64,000 nt of DNA from Armatimonadota bacterium (GTDB lineage Bacteria; Armatimonadota; UBA5829; DSUL01), in contig JBDHZC010000003.1 of assembly GCA_039811685.1 (NCBI GenBank), positions 32,001 through 96,000 of the forward strand. The letters run 5' to 3'. Below the pieces are notes generated by a model that had not been told where the DNA came from, made no database searches, and saw only the letters and a program-made list of their open reading frames with translations. This document shows positions 18,207 through 27,050 of this stretch, in pieces; position 1 is the stretch's first letter; each line of letters opens with the position of its first letter. The position numbers were made by a program, and so were the translations under genes.

Positions 18207-19607
18207 ATGAACGAGTCTCCCATACTGACAACGGTCTTTGCTGCACTGGCGCTGATGTTTCTGTTGCCTGCAGCGGCTTTAGCCGAGCCGGCTTTATCCG
18301 AACCGGCTTTAGCCGAGCCGCAGGCGCTCCCCACAGAGAGCGGCTACCGGGGAATCTGGTACAACATCGGCCTCAAGTACAGCGGTGGAATGGCCACCTA
18401 TCCGCAGCAGCACATCCCTATCGCCATCTATTCTCCCGTTGCCAATAAGACTTTCTTCTGCTACGGAGGCGTTTCCGGGGAGGGCGGCAGCCTGCTGCAT
18501 ATGGTCAGCTTCTTCGACCATCACACGGGTGAAGCGCCGCGTCCCCGCGTTCTGCTGGACAAACAGACGACCGACGCTCACGACAACCCGACGCTCAGTA
18601 TGGACGACGAGGGGCGCCTGTTTGTCTTCTCCAACGCACACGGAACCAGCCGTCCGTCGTTCATCTCCCGCAGCGCTCAACCCTACAGCATTGACGCCTT
18701 CGAGCGCGTGTTTACCGGCAACTTCTCCTATGCGCAGCCGTGGCACGTTCCGGGCAAAGGCTTTGTTGTTCTGCACACGCGCTACTCAAAGGCCGGGCAG
18801 CGTCATCTGTTCTGGATGACCAGCGCCGACGGCGTCACCTGGTCACTGCCGCAGCCGCTGGCAGCCTTTCAGGGGCACTATCAGATTAGCTGGATGGATA
18901 AGGGCAAGATTGCCACCGCCTTCGACTTCCATCCGGGTGGGTTGGATCATCGTACCAACATCTACTATATGGAGACTCCGGACGAGGGGCAGACATGGCG
19001 CACGGTGGACGGAAAGCCGGTCGCTACGCCGCTTACCTCACCTGACAACGCCGCGCTGGTTCACGACTATCAGAAAGAGAAGTTGCTGGTCTATCTGAAG
19101 GATATTCAGTTTGACGACAGCGGACACCCCGTGATTCTCTACCTCACCAGCAAAGGCGCTGAGCCGACGCCCGCCAACGGCCCGCGCGTCTGGCGCACAG
19201 CGCGGTGGGATGGCAAGCGCTGGGTCATCCGCCGCGTGACTACCTCAGACCACAACTATGACCATGGCTCGCTCTACCTTGAAGGTGATCTCTGGCGCAT
19301 TATCGCGCCGACCGATCCGGGGCCGTTTCCCGGCGACACCGGTGGTGAGATGGTGATGTGGGAGAGCCGTGATCAGGGGTTGACGTGGCGCCGCGCCCGT
19401 ACGCTGACCGCTCACAGTCCCCGCAACCACTCCTACGCGCGCCATCCGATGAACGCCTCGCCGCAGTTCTACACCCTCTGGGCGGACGGCGCTACACGAC
19501 AGCCATCAGAGTCTCACCTCTATTTCGCTACGCGTGACCGTGATGTGTTCGTCCTCCCGTACACGATGCAAAGGGGGCGCGAGAAGCCGCAGAAGCTGAA
19601 GCGCTGA
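18207..19607 (+). CDS. Secreted BNR-4 repeat (sialidase-fold) protein
   Basis: GYRGIWY, YSGG, DAHDNP, FSY.QPW, Asp-boxes (SADGVTW, TPDEGQTW, SRDQGLTW) and SDHNYDHG; signal peptide from ATG 18207. Confidence 0.8.
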   Translation: MNESPILTTVFAALALMFLLPAAALAEPALSEPALAEPQALPTESGYRGIWYNIGLKYSGGMATYPQQHIPIAIYSPVANKTFFCYGGVSGEGGSLLHMVSFFDHHTGEAPRPRVLLDKQTTDAHDNPTLSMDDEGRLFVFSNAHGTSRPSFISRSAQPYSIDAFERVFTGNFSYAQPWHVPGKGFVVLHTRYSKAGQRHLFWMTSADGVTWSLPQPLAAFQGHYQISWMDKGKIATAFDFHPGGLDHRTNIYYMETPDEGQTWRTVDGKPVATPLTSPDNAALVHDYQKEKLLVYLKDIQFDDSGHPVILYLTSKGAEPTPANGPRVWRTARWDGKRWVIRRVTTSDHNYDHGSLYLEGDLWRIIAPTDPGPFPGDTGGEMVMWESRDQGLTWRRARTLTAHSPRNHSYARHPMNASPQFYTLWADGATRQPSESHLYFATRDRDVFVLPYTMQRGREKPQKLKR

Positions 19608-19654
19608 AGGTCTGTAACCTGTCAGACGCCGTGACGCGAATGGACGAAAATTAT

Positions 19655-19700
19655 AGTCTGCGAAGGCAGACTTCGTTCTTGAAGGCGCGGTTTCAACCGC
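19655..19700. repeat. REP-like double-hairpin intergenic element
   Basis: AGTCTGC-GAAG-GCAGACT followed by GCGGTT-TC-AACCGC, between convergent genes; single copy in the window. Confidence 0.5.
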
Positions 19701-19740
19701 CGGCCAGATTTGCCATCAGATGTGGCATCAGAGTAGCGGG

Positions 19741-20835
19741 CTAATGTAGACGTACTTTTACTGAGTCCGTTGGCAGGCCACAGGTCGCTAGAAGAGCGCA
19801 GCATTGGCGAACGAAGCTGGCCGTGCTACGGTCGGTATCTATGTACACGGCGGGGTCAACCCCTTCAGCTTGCTTGAACATTGTTTTCTTTGCCTTTCCG
19901 GGGTGCTCCGGGCGTACATTCAGAAAACATCTCAGTTGTGACTTGCCAGCAGCCCATGGCAGATCTGGTAGACCATTGCTGTTACTGATGTAACGTACTA
20001 TTTCTATGGCTACATCTATCCAGTGGTTCTTTGCAGTTCTCGTTCCGTCTGGTAACTGCAATTCCGCTGGTTTTTGTCCAGTGGTTAAGGTTTCACGGCT
20101 TTTGTCCAGGTCTTCAAGAGTGTGCCAGTTGTCGGAGCTGCCGGTGGGTAATCCAGGTTGGATAGCCGAGTCATTCTTGGACGGTTGTGGCGGCTGTACT
20201 TGCACAGCGCGCCTGTTGGAGAGAGCCGCCCGCACGCTTTCGTGACTGATTCCACCGAGCCCGTGCGTGTTTCTCAGCACCTTGACTACTGCCTTCACAA
20301 CGGTACTCTGGGGGTCCGATAGCTCGCTGGCGAGGATAGCGTTCAGGCGTTCCGTTTGCGCAAACTCCTCGATCCCCGAGCCAGTCATGCTCTCCGGGCT
20401 GAGCGCGCGCAGGAAGCGCTTCGCGTCTTCGACATCCTCGAGTTTCATCTGAGCGACCAGCTTTGCGGCCAGCTCTCCTGTTATCTGGTTATCGTACAGA
20501 CGCCATTCTCGTCCGTTACTCAGCACAACCCAGCGCCGGTTATTCGTGAAAGCATAAATTAAACTCTGCCGGACGTGGTCGTCATTCAGTGTGACCGTCC
20601 ATGCCTTCGCCTCCAAAAACCATTCAAACTCGGTACCAGGCAGGATAGTATAGTCAGGGCGTTGTCCATTGGCGTCCGTCCCCTGTGGCAAGAGGTCGGT
20701 CGGCTTATAGCCAACCTCCAACAGCAGCGGTTTGATGACCCAGTCACAGGTACTGGCCTCGTTAGGCGGTGGCTTCTTGGTATGTGCCAGCGCTTCTGAT
20801 ATAGCTTCTTCCAGCGGCGTTCGGAGATCGGTCAT
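19741..20835 (-). CDS. Stand-alone HsdR_N-type PD-(D/E)xK restriction endonuclease-like protein with C-terminal accessory domain
   Basis: NEAST..VIKPLL..GY, RPDY, LEAK, Q..Y and WVVLSNGREWRLYD motifs; no helicase motifs; start likely ATG 20835. Confidence 0.8.
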   Translation of the reverse strand: MTDLRTPLEEAISEALAHTKKPPPNEASTCDWVIKPLLLEVGYKPTDLLPQGTDANGQRPDYTILPGTEFEWFLEAKAWTVTLNDDHVRQSLIYAFTNNRRWVVLSNGREWRLYDNQITGELAAKLVAQMKLEDVEDAKRFLRALSPESMTGSGIEEFAQTERLNAILASELSDPQSTVVKAVVKVLRNTHGLGGISHESVRAALSNRRAVQVQPPQPSKNDSAIQPGLPTGSSDNWHTLEDLDKSRETLTTGQKPAELQLPDGTRTAKNHWIDVAIEIVRYISNSNGLPDLPWAAGKSQLRCFLNVRPEHPGKAKKTMFKQAEGVDPAVYIDTDRSTASFVRQCCALLATCGLPTDSVKVRLH

Positions 20836-20996
20836 GTTTTGCGCCTTGTCCTTCTCACGATAACTTTTTCTTTCACTTACAGCGCGAAAAGTTCCTGCCT
20901 TCGCCCGTGTATCCCCAGCTCTCCATTCCACGCAGGGTTGGTGTATGGCTTTGGCGAAAACGAAACTCGACATCATTTTAGGAGAAAGACCTGGCT

Positions 20997-22067
20997 ATGA
21001 CAGAAATGACAACGCGAGAGCGGGTGCTCCGGATGTACGAGCACAAAGAGGCCGACCGCGTACCCGTTACCGACACTCCGTGGGACGCCACTCTGCAGCG
21101 CTGGCACGCGGAAGGCCTGCCCACGGACGTGGACTTTGCGGACTATCTTGGCCTGGACCGCATCATCCAGATCGAGGCGGACAACAGCCCGCGCTACCCT
21201 GTACGCACCCTCGAAGAAACGGACGACTACACCATCGCAACCTCACCCTGGGGCGCGACGCTGAAAAACTGGAAGCACGCGGGAGGCGTTCCGGAGTTTC
21301 TGGACTTCACAATCACCGACCGCGACAGGTGGAAGGAAGCCAGAGAGCGCATGCGTCCGGAGCGCGACCGCATCGGCTGGGACCACCTCAAGCGCAACTA
21401 TGCGCAGTGGAGGAAGGACGGCGCATGGATTACGGCTGGCTTCTGGTTTGGCTTCGATGTCACGCATTCCTGGGCTGTTGGGACGGAGCGTGTGCTGGTG
21501 GCTATGGCGGAAGACCCGGAGTGGGTGACGGAGATGTTCAACCACTGGCTGGATGTGGACATTGCCCTGTTCCAGATGGTGTGGGATGAAGGCTATCACT
21601 TCGATGAGATCACCTGGCCGGACGACATGGGCTTCAAGAATACCACCTTCTTCTCACCGGCAATGTACAGAAACCTTCTGCAGCCAGTCCACCGGCGCGC
21701 CGCCGAGTGGGCGCACCAGAAGGGTATCAAAGTCCGGCTGCACTCGTGCGGATTCGTCAGGCCGTTCCTGCCGGACCTTCTGGACGCCGGGATAGATATG
21801 CTCAACCCGCTGGAAGTCAAAGCGGGGATGGATCCAGTGGCTCTGAAACAGGAGTTCGGCGACCGTCTGGGCTTCCATGGCGGATTGAACGCGGTTCTCT
21901 ATGGGGACATGGCTGCGCTGGAGGAGGAGATGCGCCGCGTCATTCCAGTCATGAAAAAGGACGGCGGCTACATTATCAGCTCAGACCACTCCGTGCCCGA
22001 CTCCGTCAGCCTGCAGGAGTTTCAGCGCTTTATTGCGCTTGCGCGGGAGCTGGGGACGTACGAATAG
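20997..22067 (+). CDS. Uroporphyrinogen decarboxylase (URO-D)/cobalamin-independent methyltransferase-fold family protein
   Basis: MTTRER, DRVP, PDDMG, LHSCG, NPLE, FHGG and GGYI.SSDHSVP motifs. Confidence 0.85.
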   Translation: MTEMTTRERVLRMYEHKEADRVPVTDTPWDATLQRWHAEGLPTDVDFADYLGLDRIIQIEADNSPRYPVRTLEETDDYTIATSPWGATLKNWKHAGGVPEFLDFTITDRDRWKEARERMRPERDRIGWDHLKRNYAQWRKDGAWITAGFWFGFDVTHSWAVGTERVLVAMAEDPEWVTEMFNHWLDVDIALFQMVWDEGYHFDEITWPDDMGFKNTTFFSPAMYRNLLQPVHRRAAEWAHQKGIKVRLHSCGFVRPFLPDLLDAGIDMLNPLEVKAGMDPVALKQEFGDRLGFHGGLNAVLYGDMAALEEEMRRVIPVMKKDGGYIISSDHSVPDSVSLQEFQRFIALARELGTYE

Positions 22068-22083
22068 GCCGCACTCGCTTCAC

Positions 22084-22172
22084 TTCGGCGTTTCTCCAGA
22101 GTTGGAACACCACTGCGCGGCGATCGACTGCGTCAGCAGAAACTTCTGGGCCGAGCCTGAGTGCGCCTAGCT
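22084..22172 (+). repeat. 89-bp direct repeat, left copy (flanks R-M cassette)
   Basis: 86 of 89 positions identical to 24557-24645 by manual alignment. Confidence 0.95.
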
Positions 22173-22307
22173 CACGTATGTGTTTCGACCGGGGTGTTTG
22201 CGGAGAACTCCTCGTGCAGTGGCAAGAGCCAGCTTATTTGTTTTCCAGGTAGACTGTTTCAGTGCCCGTGACTTCTGCGCAGGAGCTAGCAGGAGCAGAG
22301 CGGAGAT

Positions 22308-23633
22308 TTGTTGAACAAGCAGGATAGGATGCAAGAGCGCGACCTAACCGAACTGGACTTTAGAGCATCACCTATACAGAAATCTCTCCAAATTCCGCTG
22401 CCGTCCCTTGTTGAGACGAAGCCACAACACGGAGTCACACTGTATACCCACACTGCTACACCGACCGTACCTCACGAGGTTACGCATGCCACTCCACTGG
22501 AAGACTTGAATCTGAACTGGCGTGAGCGTGACCTTCCTGAACGGGAGCGGACAAAACACGTTCACCGGCTACACCCGTACCTCGGCAAGTACATCCCGCA
22601 GCTCGTCGAGATATTCTTACGCAAGTTTTTCTGGCCCGGGGCAACCATATATGATCCTTTTTGTGGATCTGGAACAACTCTAGTACAAGCATGTGAGTTG
22701 GGTGTCAATTCGGTGGGCTGTGATATTTCTGCGTTTAATATACTTCTGTGCCGAGCAAAGCTTCACCGCTATGATTCTACCAAAGCAGCTAGGGAGATTC
22801 GCGATGTGCTCGGACGCACCCACAAGGCTCTCTTTGGGTCTATCGGCAAATCGCTGATAGACGAGGCACAACCACACCTCTCCGAAGATGTTTCTGTCTC
22901 AGAATATCTGACATCGTGGTTCGCTCCGAAAGCGCTCAGAGAACTACTGACCTTTCGTCAGGTCATTGAGACAGGCTCGTACGATTACAAAGACCTGTTA
23001 CGCGTTATTCTGACAAGAGCCGCTCGGTCGGCCCGGCTGACAACACATTTTGATCTGGATTTCCCGAAGAAACCTCAAATCGGTCCCTACTGGTGCTATA
23101 AGCACTCCCGCAATTGCGTTCCGACTGATGACGCCTGGAAATTCCTGCACCGGTACGCTTTGGATACAGTAAGACGGGTAGCTCAGTTTCAATCAGTGCG
23201 GAAGGAAGCGACCACAACACTGCACCACGTGGACAGTCGAGCAGTGAACTTGCCAACAATAGACGGTGTAATAACCAGTCCTCCCTATGTTGGGCTCATT
23301 GACTATCACGAACAGCATAGCTACGCTTACCAACTACTGGGATTGCCGGACAGGCGAGTTGAAGAGATTGGGCCAGGCGTACAGGGTTCTTCCGTAGACG
23401 CGAAAGAGCGCTACAAGCGAGATATTGCAGCTGTATTCAGGCGTGCCGCAGGTGCAATGCCGTCGGGCGGTCGACTCGTCGTCGTAGCGGCCGACAGGTC
23501 GCATCTTTACGACGAAATCGCTCAGATGGCGGGTGTGGAAGTTGAGGCCGTAGTCAAGCGGCACGTAAACCGGCGCACGGGTCGTCGTTCTAGTGAGTTT
23601 TTTGAGTCTGTCTTTGTATGGCGCAAGCCGTAG
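22308..23633 (+). CDS. Type II DNA amino-methyltransferase (probably N4-cytosine), M.MjaII-like
   Basis: HRLHPYLGKYIPQL, DPFCGSGTT (SAM binding) and ITSPPY (catalytic) motifs; adjacent endonuclease. Confidence 0.9.
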   Translation: MLNKQDRMQERDLTELDFRASPIQKSLQIPLPSLVETKPQHGVTLYTHTATPTVPHEVTHATPLEDLNLNWRERDLPERERTKHVHRLHPYLGKYIPQLVEIFLRKFFWPGATIYDPFCGSGTTLVQACELGVNSVGCDISAFNILLCRAKLHRYDSTKAAREIRDVLGRTHKALFGSIGKSLIDEAQPHLSEDVSVSEYLTSWFAPKALRELLTFRQVIETGSYDYKDLLRVILTRAARSARLTTHFDLDFPKKPQIGPYWCYKHSRNCVPTDDAWKFLHRYALDTVRRVAQFQSVRKEATTTLHHVDSRAVNLPTIDGVITSPPYVGLIDYHEQHSYAYQLLGLPDRRVEEIGPGVQGSSVDAKERYKRDIAAVFRRAAGAMPSGGRLVVVAADRSHLYDEIAQMAGVEVEAVVKRHVNRRTGRRSSEFFESVFVWRKP

Positions 23634-23639
23634 CATGCG

Positions 23640-24482
23640 GTGAACATGGCCGACGCTAATGAGGTAAAGAAGGCGATTCAGGACACGATAACTGCGCTAA
23701 TGAGTCGCGTCCTTGATAATGTCCTTAGGAGAGATCCGTTTGTTCCAGAAGAACATCACGCAAAAAAGCCGCTTTACGCTGCCTTAGTTCCAGATGAGAT
23801 ATTCAGAGGAAGTCACTTTGAACGTAGGTTTGTCACTTCCTTTGGTGGTGCCTGGGAACAACTCGCCGTGAGTGCAGCTAGGCAGGGTCTAGGCTTAGGG
23901 GCATTGCAGCGGACCGTCGTAGGCACTGTCGCCGAAGACCGGCTGCGCAGAATCACAGAGATTCTCAACAAACTCGAGCACCCAAGTGCCCCTGAGTCCC
24001 CGCGCTTAAGGCCGAATTGGACAGAAGAGTTGGCGTATGTCCGACAGGCAGGTGGGGAGCCCATCCCGTGTACGGTGGTCTGTGACTTGTATGCGGAGAA
24101 TACTACAACTGGAGAACGGCTCGCTTTTGAATTGAAAGCTCCCCTTCCCAATAGCGATCAGACGAGAGTCAGCAAGGAAAAGCTGCTAAAGCTGTACAGT
24201 ATGGAACCTTGTCCAATTGATATGGCTTATTTCGCACTTCCCTACAATCCCTACGGGTCAAGGGTCAATTACGCCTGGTCATTTCCAGCGCGCTGGTTCG
24301 ATATGCACGCGGATCCGGTCGTCCTGATAGGCGATGAGTTTTGGGAACGAGTTGGAGGTGGCGGTACTTATGCCGCATTTCTTGAAGCTGTACGAGAAAT
24401 TGCTCCGCGATATCGAGAGATCATCTACCGAGATTATCTGAAAATGACTCCTCCACCGGAAAGCCTTGACGTGGACATATAA
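23640..24482 (+). CDS. Type II restriction endonuclease, TdeIII/MjaII family
   Basis: SHFERRFVTSFG..WE.LA, CDLY, FELKAPLPNSDQT and ALPYNPYG motifs; directly after the MTase. Confidence 0.85.
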   Translation: MNMADANEVKKAIQDTITALMSRVLDNVLRRDPFVPEEHHAKKPLYAALVPDEIFRGSHFERRFVTSFGGAWEQLAVSAARQGLGLGALQRTVVGTVAEDRLRRITEILNKLEHPSAPESPRLRPNWTEELAYVRQAGGEPIPCTVVCDLYAENTTTGERLAFELKAPLPNSDQTRVSKEKLLKLYSMEPCPIDMAYFALPYNPYGSRVNYAWSFPARWFDMHADPVVLIGDEFWERVGGGGTYAAFLEAVREIAPRYREIIYRDYLKMTPPPESLDVDI

Positions 24483-24556
24483 ACCTTTTCTAATTTTGCT
24501 ACCCTAACGTACTCCTGCCCTCTACCGCGCTTGTCTGCAGCGTGCATCTCTCCGGT

Positions 24557-24645
24557 TTCGGCTTTTCTCCAGAGTTGGAATACCACTGCGCGGCGATCGA
24601 CTGCATCAGCAGAAACTTCTGGGCCGAGCCTGAGTGCGCCTAGCT
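24557..24645 (+). repeat. 89-bp direct repeat, right copy
   Basis: Matches 22084-22172 with three substitutions. Confidence 0.95.
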
Positions 24646-24775
24646 GAGTTTCATCTCCACAGGACAGGGACGCCTCACCAGATTAGAGTTTTCCAAGCAT
24701 AGGCATCCGATGGAAACGCCGCTCGCTTTGAGGCGTCAAACGAGTGGGCAGCGCTGTTGCCCAAAGGAAAAACAA

Positions 24776-25294
24776 ATGAGACGAAAACTGATTGTCGTTC
24801 TGCTGGCCGCAGTTAGCGTTCCTGTATTTGCAGCGTCTAACCTGCCCAGGCCGTGGTTTCTCGCTGGAAGTGATCCTGAACACTACGACGCGAGCATTCA
24901 ATTGACACGCGAAGCCCGGGTGGTGGATCTGCATTCGTTGCCGGGATCCGCAGGCAAGTTCGCTACAGCCATGCAGGCGTTTCCTGCAGAGTCCTACCGC
25001 GGCAAGCGGATGCGTCTTAGCGCCCAGATCAAGAGCTACGATGTTCGGGGCTGGGCTGGCCTGTGGATGCGCATTGACGGTGACGGAGACCCGCCGCAGA
25101 CCCTGGCTTTCGACAATATGCAGAAGCGCCCCATTAAGGGCACGACCGCATGGCGCACTTACGAAGTTGTGTTGGATGTCGCGCCGACAGCGAAAACAGT
25201 GAACTTCGGGTTTCTTCTGAATGGCGAAGGACGGGTGCAGGCGACAGCGTTCGATCTCCAACCCGTCAACCAGCGCGTCAAGCCAACGAACTGA
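24776..25294 (+). CDS. Secreted galactose-binding-like (jelly-roll) domain protein
   Basis: Signal peptide; YRGKRMRLSA.IK..V.GWAGLWMRIDG and FDNMQ.RPIKGTT.W..YEVVLDV motifs; AAGGA RBS. Confidence 0.65.
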   Translation: MRRKLIVVLLAAVSVPVFAASNLPRPWFLAGSDPEHYDASIQLTREARVVDLHSLPGSAGKFATAMQAFPAESYRGKRMRLSAQIKSYDVRGWAGLWMRIDGDGDPPQTLAFDNMQKRPIKGTTAWRTYEVVLDVAPTAKTVNFGFLLNGEGRVQATAFDLQPVNQRVKPTN

Positions 25295-25456
25295 AAAAGC
25301 ATACCAGGCTGGATGTTACGGAGTTAGCTGAGGCTGGCTTTCTCCAGAGGCATCCGGATAGCCACTAGAGTTATCAGCCACAGGGTGCGCAGGGGGTCGG
25401 GCGCTGAAGCCTCCAAAGCAAACTGCGCCAATCCGTTGCGCACCCTTCCACCTCGT

Positions 25457-26869
25457 TCACCGCTCAAATCTGAACGAATACAGATCAGCGTCTTTCATCC
25501 GAAACCGCAGCCGGACGTCTCTTCCCTGAAGGCTGGTAAGTCCAGCGCGATTCTTCCAGTGGACGCTGCGTGCAATCTCGTCGCCGTAGATGGGCTCGCA
25601 CTCGGCCAGTGAAAAGCCAGGAATGCTCGCGCCGGAGCTATCCTGCGCCTCCACCCGGATTTCGCCGACGGCTGAGGTGGAGAAGTTGAGAGCCAGCCGG
25701 GACCCGCTCACGCGTACCGGCCGGGTGATAATCTCCCCACCGGAATAGGGCGCATTAACGGATGCGAATCCGTCCAGCCGCAGCGTGCCGCGCCGAAGCT
25801 GTGGAATCTTGCCGTAGTTCTCAGTCCAGTAGATGGAGATCTCCGCAGGGCCGGTCTGCAGCAGTCCCCAGGCCGGAGTGTTGTTGCCGTGCGCATTCCC
25901 CCAGTTCTGCTCGGAGAGGCCCGGACGAATAAACGCTTCCATAAACGTTCGCGCAAAGTTAAGCCCGTCACGGCTTGAGATGAATACGCCGTCTGACAGC
26001 CCGTCAACTTCCCGCGGCGGGTTGCCGATGGTCTTTCGTTCAGGAACAAAGCGCATGGGAAAGCCGAAGTACCAGCGCGGATCACGCAGGTAGGGGGCGA
26101 TCGCATTGGTGTAAAACTGCTCCAGCGGCGCCCCCTCATATTCCAGCCACTCCGGGCTCGACCACTCCCGGAAGTCCGGGGATGTCGCGCGCTGCACGGC
26201 TCGCTTGCCGTTACGGCCCGCCCGCAGATAGCACACGTACTGGTTTCTAACGGTATCCCAGAAGGCCACATTCTGCGAGTCGAAGCTGCCTTCGTGCATC
26301 ACTGGTGTCTCCTGCAGTTTGCGCCAATGAATGCCGTCCTCAGAGACCAGCGCCGTCAAAGCGCGGATATCTTCTCCGGAGGGCAGTACGTAGCGCCCCA
26401 GCCCGAGAGCCTTCCAGCGCTCATCCGCCGGAGCCGCAGGATTCAGGTCCACAAAGGGCGTGAAGTTGTGAGATTCGCGGTAGCCCTTGGCCGAGCCTGT
26501 GTAGATGATGTTATTGTCTTTCGAGCCGTTGTACTCGATCAGCCCGGGGCTCGGCCGCTTCCAATGAATCCCGTCTTTACTTTCGGCCATGCATGTATAT
26601 TCGCGGCTGTTTTCATCCGTCTGCGCCCGGTAGTACATACGGAAGCCTTCCGGAGCCTTCAGCACCGTAATATACCCGCTCATAGCCCCTTCCCATGGGG
26701 CGTCATACGTAAAGACCGCCTCCCGGCGCACGGGGCTGTGCAACTTCAGATGGCAGTCTCGCATGCTCTGGATTTCCGAGCGGTCCACAAACAGATGCAA
26801 TTCAGGTGGGACTTGCGCGCAGAGCGCGCTGCCCGCAAGCGCTGTCCCAGCAATCGCCATAGCCGCCAT
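25457..26869 (-). CDS. Secreted glycoside-hydrolase-like beta-propeller protein
   Basis: LFVD, FRMYYR, Asp-box-like ESKDGIHW/SEDGIHW/SRDG, FDSQN, LRLDGFAS and ADLYSF motifs; the ORF-track 5' extension overlaps the divergent gene, so start is placed at 26869 (uncertain). Confidence 0.7.
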   Translation of the reverse strand: MAAMAIAGTALAGSALCAQVPPELHLFVDRSEIQSMRDCHLKLHSPVRREAVFTYDAPWEGAMSGYITVLKAPEGFRMYYRAQTDENSREYTCMAESKDGIHWKRPSPGLIEYNGSKDNNIIYTGSAKGYRESHNFTPFVDLNPAAPADERWKALGLGRYVLPSGEDIRALTALVSEDGIHWRKLQETPVMHEGSFDSQNVAFWDTVRNQYVCYLRAGRNGKRAVQRATSPDFREWSSPEWLEYEGAPLEQFYTNAIAPYLRDPRWYFGFPMRFVPERKTIGNPPREVDGLSDGVFISSRDGLNFARTFMEAFIRPGLSEQNWGNAHGNNTPAWGLLQTGPAEISIYWTENYGKIPQLRRGTLRLDGFASVNAPYSGGEIITRPVRVSGSRLALNFSTSAVGEIRVEAQDSSGASIPGFSLAECEPIYGDEIARSVHWKNRAGLTSLQGRDVRLRFRMKDADLYSFRFER

Positions 26870-27050
26870 TGTTCCCCGGAATGCCCTTCTCCTGAGCTTT
26901 GCTTTGACATTTGGGGAGCGTTCGTGGCAGCATGATACGGCTCTGGCTTGAGTCTTAGTTTTCAGACCCGCAGGCGCATCGGACCGAACTCCTATTCCGC
27001 CGAAGCTGCCCGCGTCTGTAAAGAGACTTTCAGTAACGATCGGAGAAGAC

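Noticed and set aside
22084..24645. Direct repeats as CRISPR, IS ends or prophage att sites
   Set aside because: Only two 89-bp copies 2.4 kb apart; no cas, transposase, integrase or tRNA
25316..25331. Minus-strand TCAGCTAACTCCGTAA, resembling the 3' end of the c-di-AMP (ydaO) riboswitch
   Set aside because: The 5' half (GCTGAATCC...ACGGAGGAAC) is missing, and no same-strand gene lies downstream
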